Of a stretch of 64,000 bases of DNA, positions 39,315 through 58,200 are shown piece after piece (the stretch's first letter is position 1; every line of letters starts with the position of its first letter). The position numbers and the translations under genes were made by a program. The stretch covers positions 1,504,001 through 1,568,000 of the forward strand of contig CM000154.2 in NCBI GenBank assembly GCA_000004695.1, read 5' to 3'. The notes under the pieces were generated by a model. It worked only from the letters and a program-made list of their open reading frames with translations, did no database searches and was not told the origin of the DNA. The DNA is from Dictyostelium discoideum. Taxonomy: Eukaryota.

Positions 39315-39866
39315 ATAAATATATTTTCAAATGTATTTTAATCAAATATTTATACTATACACTTCCTTTTTACTCTTTTTTTTTTTTTTTTCTTTATTAA
39401 TAATTAAAGTCCAAAACTTAAAAGATATTTCAATTCGTAATAAAATAAAAATAATAATTAATATTTATAATTTTAATAATAATAATAATAATAATCATAA
39501 TAATTTTAAGAATATTATAATAATTACAATAATTTTTTTTTTTTTTTTTTTTTTTTTTTTCACTAATTTTTTAATCTAGATCATCCACCCACTCCCACAC
39601 ACGAATTTTTAAAATGCTCAAAGATTTAATTAAAATTGTTTTTTTATTTTTATTTTTTGTAATTTTTTTTTTTAATCTGCCACGATTTTTGATCTTTTAT
39701 AAATAGAATCACATCATTTTTATCATTTGTAACTTTTTTTTATTTCTAAAACAGTTTTTTTTATAATATTTTTTTTTTTTTTTAACATTCAAATTAATTA
39801 TTAAAAAAAAAAAAAAAAAATATTTATTTTTTTTTATTATCTTATAAAACAAAGAAAACAAATAAA

Positions 39867-40505
39867 ATGGAAACAAATAATAATAAGAATATTCAAGAAG
39901 ATATTGCTATAATTGGTTTTAGAATCCCAGGATGTCAAGATAATACCCCATCAGAGTTGTGGAATAATTTAATGAATAAATTTAGTGGTGTTGGTAAAAC
40001 TACTGAAAGATGGAGTGACAATTATCATTTATCTGGTGATATTAATAATGGAAATTCCGGTTTATTACCATTGAAAGAGTGGAAGAAATTCGATCCTGCT
40101 TTTTTTGGTATTAATCCTACCATGGTTTCCACAATTGATCCACAACAACGTATTCTATTAAAGTGTACATGGGAAGCATTGGAAGATGCTGGAATTGATC
40201 CAATTAAATTACGTGGTTCAAATACTTCAATTTTCATTGGTTGTTCAACTGGTGATTATCTAGACATGGTTAAGAGTAACAATGAAATCCAGACAAATCT
40301 ATTTGGTTCAGTTAATCATTCATTATCTAATAGAATTTCTTATTGTTTTGATTTCCATGGTGCTTCAATGACTATTGATTCTGCATGTTCTTCTTCATTA
40401 AACACAGTTTTATTAGGCTGTCAATCAATTAATCAAGGGAAATCTAATTTATGTATAGCTGGTGGTGTAAATTTTATTTTAGGTAAATAAGAATAAAAAA
40501 AAAAA

Positions 40506-40553
<48 letters not shown>

Positions 40554-43500
40554 ATTAACAAATAATCTATTTTATTTTATTTTTTAATAATAAAAATAGA
40601 TACCACTATTCCAACTGCATTTTCATTTTTAAATATATTAAGTAAAAATGGAAAATGTATGACATATGATGAAGGTGCTGATGGATTTGTAAGAGGAGAG
40701 GGAGCAGGTTTGGTTGTTTTAAAGAGTTTAAAAGATGCAATTAAAGATGGAAATAATATTTATTGTATAATTAAAGGTGGAAATACAAATGTTGATGGTA
40801 ATGGAAATGCTGATAAAGCAAACTTCTTTCAACCATCCAAACAATCGCAGTCAGATAATATTAAATTAGCATTGGAATCTATTAAAAAGAAAAGTATGCT
40901 TGATATCGATATTGACTATGTTGAAACTCATGGTACAGGTACACCCACTGGTGATCCAATTGAAGTTGAAGGTATATCAAAGGTTTTTAAAGAAAATCAT
41001 TCACCTGAAAATCCATTATTAATAGGTTCCCTTAAATCAAATATTGGTCACATGGAAGCAGCATCCGGTGTTACTTCATTAATAAAATGTTGCCTAATGT
41101 TCAAAAATAAATCTTTTGCACCAAATGTAAATTTTCAAAAGATTAATCCAAAAATCAAATTAGATGAATGGAATATTAAAGTTGTAACTGAGGCAATTCC
41201 ATTTAAAAAAAATAAAATAACATCAATGGTTGTAAATAGTTTTGGTGTAACTGGTTCAAATTGTTGTTTAGTTTTAACAGAGTCTATTAATAATAATAAT
41301 AATAGTAATGTTGATAAAATAACAAAGAATGAAAAAGAATATTTAATCCCATTTTCAGCAAATTCTAATCAATCATTAAAGAATTATATAGAGGAAGTTT
41401 CTAAAATTGATGAATCTTTACAATTTGAAGATTTTGTTTATAAACAGTTATCAAATAAATCAACATCTTTATTTCAACGTTTTGTAGTGACATCAAAGGA
41501 TTGGAAAGAATTAAAATATAAATTGTCTCAACCTTTACCTTTAAAAGAGATTTCTTCTAGTATTTCAGTTAAAAAACCTAATCCAATTACTGTTTTTGTA
41601 TTTTGTGGTCAAGGTTCACAGTTTAATAAAATGGGGTTAGAATTATATAATAATGATAAGAATTTCAGAAATTATATCGATAGATTTGATAAGAAATTGT
41701 TGGAATACTATGGTTATTCAGTAATATCAAAGTTAAGATCAATTGATGATAACGATTTAATTACAATTCATGATCCAATAATTGCACAACCTGCAACAGC
41801 AATTTTACAAATTTCATTATTCGAACTTTATAAACATTGGGGTATTAATCCATCATTTATAGTTGGTCATAGTCTAGGTGAATTACCAATGGCCTTTTGT
41901 TCAGGTATGATAGATTTTGATACGGTTTGCTATTTACTTTATCATAGATCTTTAGCTCAATCAAAAACCAATGGATGTGGTAAAATGTTATCTTGTAATA
42001 TTAGTAGTGAAGAGTTTGTTAAAAACTATTCACCTCGTTATCCATTTTTAGAAATTGCTTGTTATAATTCGCCAAACTCAATTGTAGTGGCTGGTAAAGA
42101 ATCAATCCTATTAGAACTATCAAAAGAATTTAAAAATTCTGGTATATTTTGCGCAATGTTAGGTTCATTATCATCATTCCATACAAGTAGTCAATTAGAA
42201 GTAAAAGATCATATCTACTCTTTAAAATTTGAATCAAAGGAACCAGTAATACCAACATTTTCAACAGTAACAACTCATTTATTCAATTCAAATAAACTAT
42301 ATGATAATGATTATATTTTTCAAAACATTATGAAACCTGTATTATTTAATGAAACAATTTCAAATCTTTATAAACATGTAGAAAATAATCAACTTGGTAG
42401 TGAGATGATTTTCATTGAATTGGCACCTCATCAAACTTTATCATTTTATTTGAAACAATTAATACCAAAAGATTCAAATTATTTCAGTAATAGTAACTCA
42501 ATTACAATTTTATCCCCTCTTCATAAAAAGAAAAATGATTATTTAGAAATTCAACAAACAATTTCAACTTGTTATTGTAAAGGTTATGATGTTAATTTTA
42601 AATCACAGATCCTCATAGAATCTAAAACAAATATATCGAATAAATCTTTACCACTTTATCAATGGGATGATAAAGAGTTTTGGAAAGATTTAGAAAAACA
42701 AAAAAGAATATTACAAGGTCCACCGATGGATACATTGGGTTTTTCAAATGAAAAATCACCAATTTTAAAATCATTTGAAACCAAAATTGATATAAAGAAA
42801 AAACCATTCCAATATTTAAAAGGTCATATTGTAAAAGGTAAAATTTATTTCCCAGGTGTTGGTTACATAGAGAATTTATTGAAGATGTATCCTTCACAAG
42901 ATATTGATATAGATTCCATGGAATTTGAAGCACCTTTAATTTTAATTGAAGGTATCGTTACATGTTTACAATCAAACGTTTATAAAATAGGAAAGAATGA
43001 ATTCAAAGTACAATTTCATTTCCAAGATCAAAAAACAAAACAATGGATTCAATCTTCATTTGCCAATTATCATTTATCTCATAGAGATGACTTTGATCCA
43101 ACTACCAATAAATTAAACATTCAAAATTTAATTTCAAATAATTGTAATTTAACCAAATTATCAAAGAATCAATTTTATAATTTCATAAAGGCAAAAGCAG
43201 GTTTATCTTATAATGGAGAATTTCAAGGTGTTGAAAAATGTTATTTAGGTGATAATTGTTCATTGGTTGAAATTCCATTTGACACAAGTAATCAAGATGT
43301 TGAAACCAATATTAACATGATTCCAATTTTAGATTCATGTTTACATGGAGTTCATATTCTTTATGTTGAACAATGTCAAATGGTTTTAGAAAAGATTGAA
43401 GGATTAAAATACTATTCATCAACACTCATATTATCAAAACAAAAAGAACAACAGAAATTATATGTTTTCACAAGAATTGAAAATAAAGATTTAATAAACA

Positions 43501-46500
43501 ATTCAATTTCAGCATCAATTATTGTTATGATTAGCGATGGTACAGTATTTTTTGAAATTGAATCAGTATCTCTAAAATCTTTAATTCCTTTAAAAGATCC
43601 AATATCAATTGAAAATCCAACTGATGAATTATTTTCTTCTTACCTTCAATCAATTGATTCTCTAATTTCTGAACCATCATCATATAAATCGATTTATAAA
43701 AGAAATGAATTTATTTCAAGTGGAATGAGTGATTTATCAAGATCAGATTATCAACAATTTATTTCAACTTTATTATATACAAATTTAATTAAAAGAAATC
43801 AATCAATTGAAAGTGATTTAAGAAACCAAATTGAATTTGAAGAAATTAAAGCAAAATATTGCAAAAATTCAAAATTTGAAAGATTATTTACATTTGTTAT
43901 TGAAACCATTAAACAATATGATGGTATAAATGGTAATCTTAATAGTTGGAATGAAGGTAATATTGATATTTATAAAATTTTAATAAAATCAACAAGAATC
44001 ATTTCAAAATTATTATTCCCATTACAAGGTGAAGATACAACAATTGATACACCTCAATCTTTATTTGAAAATAATCTTTTAGATGACTTTTATAATATTA
44101 ATGGTAACACAGTTATTCAAAATCAATTGGTTGGTGAAATCATTACACAATCTATAAAACCATTAATTAATGAAAAGATGGTATTTAGAATATTAGAATT
44201 TGGAGGTGGTGTTGGATCTTTATCAATCGTAACATTGAATAAAATAAACCAATTACTTGAGCAACATCCAAACTTTCAAATTGATATAGAATATACATGG
44301 ACAGATATCTCACCTTCATTCATTCCAGATGCTAAAAAACTTCTTTCAAACATAAAAGGTGTTACTATTATTTATAGATCATTGGATCTAGAAGAATCAT
44401 TGATTGAAAAGCAATTATTAAAACCATCCTATTATGATTTTGTAATAATGTCAAATGTACTTCACGTTATTAAAGAAATTAAATTTGGTATTGATGAGAT
44501 CTATAAAGTATTATCGCCAAATGGTCAATTATTGTTCATTGAAACTCCTTATAGAATGTTAATATGTGATAGTATTTTTGGTGTATTCGATCAATGGTGG
44601 GGCTTCACAGATACTGGAATTAGAGTTGACAGATGTTGTATGAAACAAAAAACTTGGTTTAAATTACTATCAGAAAGTAATTATCAAGATATTATAATGT
44701 CGGATGATATAAAAGATTGTTGTTTTGTAATTCAAGCTAAAAAACCATCAATTTCATCATTAGAATATAAACTTAAAATTGATAGTCAAGAAAATGATAA
44801 AATAATTGTTTTTGGTGAAAATGATACTTTTATGAAATACTTAGAGAATAAATCAACAAAACAAATTATAAAAATTAAAACATGCCAACAATTTAGTGAT
44901 TTGATTACTAGTAATTCAAAAGAAATAAATAATCAATCAATTATTTATTTCATTAAAACATTAAATCAACTTTTAATTGAAAACTTTAAAGAGATAACCT
45001 TGGAATATATTCAAATAAATCAATTACTATTATCATCTGGTTTATCATGCAAACATATTTTACTTTTAAATCAATCCACAAGTGAAAATTATTTAGGTTC
45101 ATCAATTTCAGGTGCAGCAAGATATTTTGATGAATTCCCACCATTAAAACTGTATTCATTTGATTTTGATAAATACTCTTTAAATAATGAATCGATCAAT
45201 ATTATTGATGATATTATTGAACCAATTATCAAATCTATGAATAATTCAAATATCAGAAAAGAATTATTAGTTAGAAATAATAAAATTTTCTTTGAAAGAT
45301 ATAAACAAGAAAAAAGAATTAAGGAAAATTATAAATCAACATCATTCGAAAATGATAAATCATTATTTGTTCATTTAAATGCAAATCTGGAATATGAATT
45401 AAAATCTAAACAAGTCAAATTAAAACAAAATGAAATTGAAGTTAATGTAAAAGCAACTGGAATTAATTATAAAGATTATTTAGTTTATACTGCTATGACA
45501 CCAAGTGAATTAATAAATCATAAAGGTGAATCAAATCCAGAATTTGGCCACGATTTTTCAGGTATTATAACTCGTATTGGAGATGATGATGGTGATAATG
45601 ATAATGAATTTAAAGTTGGTGATCAAGTTTATGGTATTTGGTTCAATACTACTGCAAGTCATATTATAGTTGATAAAGAATTCCTTTGTCATAAACCAAG
45701 TAAACTTAGTCATACCATTGCATCTTCAATACCAGTTGTTTATATTACATCATTATATAGTTTATACAATATAGGTAATATTCAAAATGATGAATCTATA
45801 TTAATTCATTCAGCATCAGGTGGAATTGGTTTATCAGCATTAAATATATTAAAATGGAAGAATCACAAATCTCATATTTTCGTTACAGTTGGTTCAAAAG
45901 AAAAAGAAAAATATATTCATGATACTTATGGTGATTTTATTACAGGAATTTATTCAAGTAGAAATAAAGATTATTTAAAACTTATTAAAAGAAAGTTAAC
46001 AGAATTAGGATCAAATAAAAAGGGAGTAGATATTATATTGAATACTTTATCAAGTAGTGAACATATGGTATCAAATTTCAAATGTTTGAATCATAGAGGT
46101 AGAATCATTGATTTATCAATAACTCATTTAAACCATAATGAATATACTTGTAATAATAATTTCAAATACAACTATGGTTATCATAATGTTGAAGTTTTAT
46201 TTGTTAAAGGGGATATAATTTCAAAACTATTGAAAAATATTACCTCAGCAATTGAAAATGGATCATTATCCACTGGAATTCCAATCATTGAATTCAATGA
46301 TTCAGATTGTTTTAATGCTATTGAATTTATTAATAAACGTCAACATATTGGTAAGATTGTTGTTAACCATAATAAAGAAAATTTAATTCAAGAATTAATT
46401 AAAAAAACGAATTTACCAATTATCAAATCAAATTATCAAATCAATAGTGATCATCTAGGTAAAAATATATTGGTTACTGGTCAATCTGGTATTATATTGG

Positions 46501-47579
46501 AAATTTTGAAATGGATAGTTAAATATTCAACAAATGTTGAAAACATAATTATCCTATCAAGATCATCATTGAAATGGGAATTGGAATTATTAGTAAACAA
46601 AAATAAAAACAAATTGAATTTCATTTACAAAAGCGTTGATGTTGGTAATTCATTGGAAATTGAAAAAGTAATTGATGAAATTTTAATGGAAAACCCTCAA
46701 ATCAATAATGTAGATTCAATCTTTCATTATGCTTTTACTCAAATCTCTTGTAAAGAACATGAAATTGATCAAGTACATTTAAATGTATCACATCAAGCAA
46801 AAACCATGGGTGCAATTAATTTACATAACCAATCAATTAAAAGAAATTGGAAATTAATAAACTTTATAATGGCATCATCAGCAGCGGGTCTTATTGGATC
46901 AACTGATCAATGTTCATATGTTTGTTCAAGTAATGTTTTAGATACATTTTCAAAATATCGTAAACATGTATTAGGATTACCTTCAATTTGTATAAACTAT
47001 GGTTTAATTGAATCCACTGGTTTTGTATCTCGTAATCAATCAGTTGCAGTGATGTTGGATGGTCAAGGTATTAGACCAATGCAAACAAATCAAATTTTAG
47101 GATCATTAGATTTATTTATTCAAAATCCTTCAAAATCTACCAATATAATTTTAACCAGTTTCAATTTTAATGAATTTGCAACAGGTAATCTCCAACAATC
47201 AAATGTTCATAAATTTGATTTCCAGTTTAATTGTTGTTTATCACAAAAATCAAAATTAATGGCAAACAACCAAGCAAGTGAAAATCCTGTTAAAGATTTA
47301 TTAATCAATAATATATGTGAATTATTATCAATTGATGAGTCAAAATTAAACATTGATATTAGATTAATTGATTATGGTTCAGATTCATTAACAATTGTTC
47401 AAATTAAAAATTTAATTGATAAAAATCTATTAATACCAAATTTAATTTCAATTCAAATGTTACAAAATAACTCAATCTCTGACAATATAAAAATTTTAAC
47501 AGATTCCTACAACAAAAAGAAACAAAATGAACAAAATGAATTAAAAAATATAAAAGTTGGTTCATTTACTAAAAAATAA
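39867..47579 (+). CDS. Iterative type I polyketide synthase (highly reducing: KS-AT-DH-MT-ER-KR-ACP), about 2.5 k aa. Exons 39867-40482 and 40600-47579.
   Basis: KS: [13 protein letters not shown] (active Cys), [28 protein letters not shown]: [10 protein letters not shown] and GHSLGEL. DH: [22 protein letters not shown]: [14 protein letters not shown]: [17 protein letters not shown]: [16 protein letters not shown]: [16 protein letters not shown]. Intron 40483-40599 (GTAAAT...AATAG) is in phase across FILG|DTTIPTAF. Confidence 0.9.
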
Positions 47580-47649
47580 TAATTTAATAGTTAAATAAAT
47601 AGTAGTGATTTTATTATTCATTTTCTTTACCATTTCTTTTTTTCTTTTT

Positions 47650-51978
<4,329 letters not shown>

Positions 51979-52157
51979 CTAAAAATAAAAAAAAATTAAA
52001 AAAAAAAAAAATTAAAAAAATTAAAATTTTTTTTTTTTTTTTTATTAAAATCTTTAAAAAAAAAAAAAAATTTACATTTGAAATCAAATTGGTTATTTTT
52101 TTTTTTTTTTAGTAAAAACAATGAGGTATTAAAAAAAAAAAAAAAAAAAAAAAGCAA

Positions 52158-52197
<40 letters not shown>

Positions 52198-52679
52198 CCA
52201 AAGCACAAAAAAAAAAAAAAATTAAAAAAAAAAATTTAAATGGGTAAAAAATCCTAACTTTTCAGGAATAAAATGTAGGAATCATTTTTTTTTTTTTTTT
52301 TTGCTCGAGATATTTTGCGAGTTTTTAGATTTCATTTTTTTTTATTATTATGCAGAAAAAAAAAGAAGAATAATTATTTTTTTTTTTTTTTTTTAAAACA
52401 TTGTTTATAAACTAATATTTATTTTTAAAAACTTTTTTATTTTTGCAATTTGGTTTTTAAATTTGTAATTTTATTTAATTTAATTTTGTAATTTAAATTT
52501 TTTTTTTTTTTTTTTTTTTTATTTTTTTTAACCCATGATCATTTTTTTTTTTTTTTTTTTTTTTTTTATTTTTTTTTTTTTATTTTTTTTATTAAATAAT
52601 GTTTCAAAATTGAACCACATAAAAAATCACAATACACACACAACCATCCAATCCAAAAAAAAAAAAAAAAAAAAAATTA

Positions 52680-53035
52680 ATGATAAAATTAAATTTCTGG
52701 ATAAAATCCATTATTATTGGATTAGTATCATTTATTTATATTTATTTATTTGTGTTTAGTGTAAACAAAACAAAAGATTTGGAAAAATTAGAAATTGAAA
52801 ATAATAAATTAAATTTTGAAAATGAAAAATCAAATATATCAATATTAAAATATATAGAAACTATTAATAATTTAAATAATACAATTAAAAATTTAAATTT
52901 TTCAATTGAACAATCAAAACAACAATTAATTCAAATGGAAAATAGTTTTAATAAAGATTTAAAATTATTACAAAATTCATTAAATGAATGTGAAGAAATT
53001 AAAAATAAATTAAAAAATAATAAAAACAATAATAA

Positions 53036-53094
<59 letters not shown>

Positions 53095-54176
53095 TATTAT
53101 TAAATAATAAAAATGAAATTATACCGATTTTAATACCAACATATAATAGAACAAATTATTTAGAAAAAACAATTAAATCAATTTTAAAAATTAGAGATAA
53201 AAATAAAGAAAAAATTAAAAAATTCCCAATAATAATATCACAAGATATTTGTAAAAAGAATGATAATCAAAATGAAAATGAAAATTGTAAAGAAATGAAT
53301 GAATATTTAGAGGAAATTAATTTAAATTATCAAGGTATAATAGTATTAAAGAATTTACAAAATGGTAATTTAGTGTTGAATTCAACATATGAATCAATAT
53401 CAAGACATTATAAATGGGCATTGAGTCAAATATTTGATAAATTATCATTTGATAAATTATTAATTGTTGAAGATGATTTAGAAGTTTCATTAGACTTTTT
53501 AGATTATTTTGAAAAGGTATCACCATTATTAGACATTGATAAATCGTTATTCTGCATTTCAGCATGGAATGATAATGGTAAGAAACCATTAACAAATGAG
53601 AATCAAAAACAAGCGATTACTCAATTCTATAGAACTGATTTCTTCCCTGGACTAGGTTGGCTCACAACTAATAGATTCTGGAATGAAATTAAGGATAACT
53701 GGCCCACCCAATACTGGGACGACTATTTAAGACAGCCATCAGTGATTAAAGGAAAACAGTGTATCAGACCAGAGATATCACGTGTTAAAAATATTGGTAT
53801 CAGTGGTGCAACCAGTCAACAAGTTTATGAAAATTATATAAAAGAAATCATTAGTATCACAGATGACCAATACCCAATTAATTATAGTGATGTTGATATC
53901 CATCAATTAATAGAACCAACATATTCAAATAAATTAAAAGAATCAATAACAAATGCAAAATTAATTTATCCATATGAAATTGAAACTTTTGGTTACAAAA
54001 ATCAAACTTTAAAAATCATATTCAAAGATCAATATGATTATCAAATGTTAGCCAAACAATTTGGTTTAATTGATGACCAACGTGAAGAAATTCAACGTAC
54101 ATCTTTTAAAAAAATAGTTTCATTTTATTTTAAATCAAATTTAATTTATTTTATACCAAATCAAATTAATTGGTAA
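52680..54176 (+). CDS. GT13 N-acetylglucosaminyltransferase I (GnT-I/MGAT1-like), a type II membrane protein.
   Basis: N-terminal signal-anchor IKSIIIGLVSFIYIYLFVF. Coiled-coil stem with poly-N. Catalytic core LLIVEDDLEVSLDFLDYFEKVSPLL...FCISAWNDNGK...YRTDFFPGLGWLTTNRFWNEIKDNWPTQYWDDYLRQP...CIRPEISR, collinear with animal GnT-I (EDD motif). Confidence 0.85.
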
Positions 54177-54210
54177 AAATAATAAAATAAATAAATAATT
54201 ATTACTATTA

Positions 54211-54487
54211 TTATTGTTGTTGTTGCTGTTGCTGTTGTTTATTCTTCATCATTTCTTTAAAATCTAATTCTCTTAAATAACTTGAACTTAATTTAACATC
54301 ATCACCTTGATGGGGTGTATCGAAATAAGAGATTGAATAAATTTCTAATGGTTTTAATTTTGTTTCTCTTCTTACAGTATTAATTTTAATTGCTGTTTTA
54401 TAAACTTCTGGTGATATTACAATACATTCTAATTTTTTACTTGTCATTGTATTTGCATATGGTTCAACTAATTTTAACATCTATTTT

Positions 54488-54544
<57 letters not shown>

Positions 54545-55553
54545 TTAGTGAATGAAATTTACATATGTATATATAATGTAAATTTCTACTTACATTATAT
54601 TCAACAGATGGATTAATTGATTTTAAGAAATTTAAAGTTTTTTCAGATCTAAATTCAAATGGTGTAATTAATTCACTATACTTTTTTGAAGTTAAAATTG
54701 AATTATCAGTAATACCAACTTCCATATAATCAGAACAAACCAATGCTGCCATCGTTAACATTACTTTATGACCTGGATGCATTCTATCAAATGTACCACC
54801 TAAAACAACACCTCCAAATGGTGGTGTCCATTTCGTTAAATTCTTTCCAATTTGAGATGGTTCATAAAAATGTTTTGGATAACTGAAATCAATATTTATC
54901 GACGTAGAATCAATTGACTTTATTGAATTATTACTATTTATAAATTTCTCATTAATTAATTTAAGTTCATTCTCTTGTTCAAATAGATTCATTGAACTAT
55001 CTAAAAATAAAATATCAATTTCATTATTATTTTGAGTATAATTATTATTATTATTATTATTATATATTTCTTTATCTTTTTGATTAATTAAATCTAATGG
55101 AATAATTGAAACATTTAATCTTGGATTTTCATTATAAAGTATTTGATAATAATTAAAGAAAATATTTTCTAATCTTTTTAATGGTTCTATATTTGCTGAA
55201 ACTATTAAACTTGGTGATTCTGAATCATCCAATTCAATTTGTTGTTTCTTTTCAATTTTCATTTTTTTATCAATCTCTGACCAACTAAAAAAGAGATCAT
55301 TATAAATCTTTTCAACCTTTTCATTAATCTCTGAGGATCCTGTTGTTGTTTGTTTACTAATTTGTTGTGTTGGTGAATTTAATGAACGATCGAAATTAAT
55401 GTTATTATAATTCACTAATTCTATATATAAATGATCTTTAACCTTTGGTGCAATCGATATTAATCTACCAACATTATAATAATGTAAATATAAATCATGT
55501 CTATTCTTTGCTTCAAAATTAAATAATAATCTAATTAATCCTGTTTTATACAT
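54211..55553 (-). CDS. Phosphopantetheine adenylyltransferase (PPAT, Cab4/COASY-N-like nucleotidyltransferase), 2 exons (55553-54594, 54480-54211).
   Basis: (T/H)xGH nucleotidyltransferase signature GGTFDRMHPGHKVMLTMAALV. GTAAGT donor at 54593. The intron contains (AAT)17. The AAAAATAG acceptor at 54481 keeps phase 0. No P-loop, so no fused dephospho-CoA kinase. Confidence 0.7.
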
Positions 55554-55729
55554 TATAAAATTTTACTTTTTTTTTTTTTTTTTTTTTAATATTATGTATA
55601 TGAAAGTATGTGTGTGTGAATGTATGTGTGTATGTGTGAAATGTTTTTTTTTTTTAAAAAATGAAATTTAAAAATTAAATTAAAAAAACTTAAGTGTTGA
55701 AAAAAAAAAAAAAAAGTAAAAAAAATAAA

Positions 55730-55760
<31 letters not shown>

Positions 55761-55881
55761 TAAAAATAAAAATAAAAATATCTAGACACCTAATCAAGAA
55801 TTATTAAAAATTTGGAAAGTGTGGAAATGATGAACAATTTATTGTTTAGTTTTTATTTTGTTTTTTTTTTTTTTTTTTTTT

Positions 55882-56160
55882 TTATGGAGAAGCTTGGGCA
55901 AAACATTGAATTGAACAGAAATAATGATTTGCTTTTGGTGTTTCTTTAACTATAAAAGGATTTGAAATTGAAGATTGACAAACAAAACAACATGATAAAA
56001 CCTTGTTTAATTTTTTAGAAGAGGATGGGGATTTTTTACTACTACTACGATGTTTTTTACTTGGTGTCTTAATTGGACTATTATTAACAATGATGTTATT
56101 AATTGATGGAGAAATTGAAATGGTTGCTGTGATTGTAGCAATTTGTGGTTGTTGTTGCGG

Positions 56161-56237
<77 letters not shown>

Positions 56238-56427
56238 GATGTTGTAGTAATGGATGTTGTTGAGATTGTTGTGGTTTATTATTCTCTTGGGTTTGATAAT
56301 AAGAGTAATGTGATTTTGGGATTTTATTTATTGAAATGCCATTATTAGTATTATTATTATTATTATTATTATTAGTCGGTATTGGTTTAGAGGAGGAATA
56401 TGGTAATCTCATTTCTGCAGTTGTCAT
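55882..56427 (-). CDS. PolyQ/poly-N protein with a C-terminal MYM/FCS-type zinc finger.
   Basis: (CAA/TTG)n at 56155-56240 encodes about 45 Q. C-terminal CCFVCQ-x22-HYFCSIQC fits C-x2-C-x(19-22)-F/YCS-x2-C. Confidence 0.6.
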
Positions 56428-56807
56428 ACGGTAGAAGAAAGAAGAAAAGAAAGGAAAAAAAAAAAATATATAAAGAACTTTGGTTTAAATTTGAAAAGCG
56501 TGTGCTATCTCTTTTTGATGATTTAATTCAATAATAATAATAATAATAATAATTTTAATTCATAAAATATTATTATTGATTTTGTTATTTTGATATATAT
56601 ATATTTATATTCGAAATTAGCCAATTCCCTTTGGTGATGGATTAAGATAAAGTACAACTAATAATAGTGTATCTCTTGCAATCTTTATCATGAAATGTAT
56701 AATCCAAAAAAATTATTTAAATTTTCTATTAAATTATTATATATAAATATATATATATATATATTATAATTTTTATAAATTTTTAATAAATAAATAAATA
56801 AATAATA

Positions 56808-56842
<35 letters not shown>

Positions 56843-57284
56843 AAAGAATTTATATTTTAAATTTTTGATTGATGTTATCGAATAAATTATATATAATTGA
56901 ATGGAAATAAAAAAATATAAATAAAAAAAAAATATTAAAAAAGTAAAATAAAATATTATATTAGTATTTAAAATTTTTTATTTTTAAAACTATAAAATTT
57001 TTTAAAAATGATAGGCTAATAATCAAAGACAAGAGAATGGCTTTTTATAAATTATTTTTTTTTTATATTTTTGTGTATTTATGAATTGTCAAATAATGCA
57101 TCATTATTAATTTTATTAAAATTTTTTTTTTTTTTTTTTTATTTTATTTGTGTGGCATCAATATAAAAATTGAACGATAATAAATAAACTGTTTTTTTAC
57201 AACAACAACAAAAATAATAATAATAAAAATACTAACAACAATTAATTAATAATTGTATTTGTGGAAAGGTAGATTTATGTTTTG

Positions 57285-57319
<35 letters not shown>

Positions 57320-57756
57320 TAATAATAAAATGGGGTTTGATTTCAATTAGAACACAAAATAAAAAAAATATAATAGTAATAATTTAAATGGGGTTTATGT
57401 ATCTGTATATATGTGTGTACGTGTGTGTATAAAAAAAAATTCGTATTTGATTTTTGATGATTTGATTTGATTAAATTTTTTGGTAAAAAGGTATATATAT
57501 AGTATGTGTGAGTGTGTTGGATTAACATTGTTTTTGTAGTTGTTTATTTTTATGTGGATACAAACAATTAAATTATGATAAAGATTTCAACAAATGATGA
57601 ATAGGAAAAAAAAAAAAAGAAAAATTGATTTCCTATATTTTTTAATTTATTATGGTATAATGTATGAGTGTTTATTTTTATATCTAGTATATTTATATGA
57701 GTGAGTGTCTTGTGTGTGTGTGTATGTTTATTTCTGAAAAAAAGAATTATAAAATT

Positions 57757-57788
<32 letters not shown>

Positions 57789-58079
57789 TAATAAGATTTT
57801 TATAAAATGAAATAATATAAAAACAAATTAATTTTTCCCCAATGTTATAAAATATGTAAATATAATAATTATAATAATAATAATAATAATAATAATAATT
57901 ATAATTATAAAAAGTAAAAGATAATAAAAATAATTCTTTTAACAACTAATTTTTAATATACAATTTTAAAAAATAAATAAAAAAAATAAAATAAAAAATA
58001 AAATTTTTTAAAATAAAATTAAAATTAAAAAAAAAAGATTTAAAAAAACAAACAAATAATAAAATATTTAAATATTCGA

Positions 58080-58200
58080 TACCTATAAATACCACACGGT
58101 ATACTTTTCAACACACACACACCCCCCAAAATTAAACCCATTTTTAAAAGTTTTTCGTCCAACCCACTCGACATCCAACCCACCAAAAAAAAAAAAACTA
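58080..58200. promoter_or_regulatory. C/CA-rich island (ACACACACACCCCCC..AACCCACTCGACATCCAACCCACC) about 1 kb upstream of the RNase II gene. Related GT/CA patches at 55595-55640, 57395-57430, 57690-57730, 24420-24450.
   Basis: Compositional outliers in an AT desert. Function not established. Confidence 0.2.

Noticed and set aside
56003-56348. Plus-strand poly-Cys / poly-Val ORFs
   Set aside because: Antisense of the (CAA)n polyQ tract of the 55882-56427 gene.
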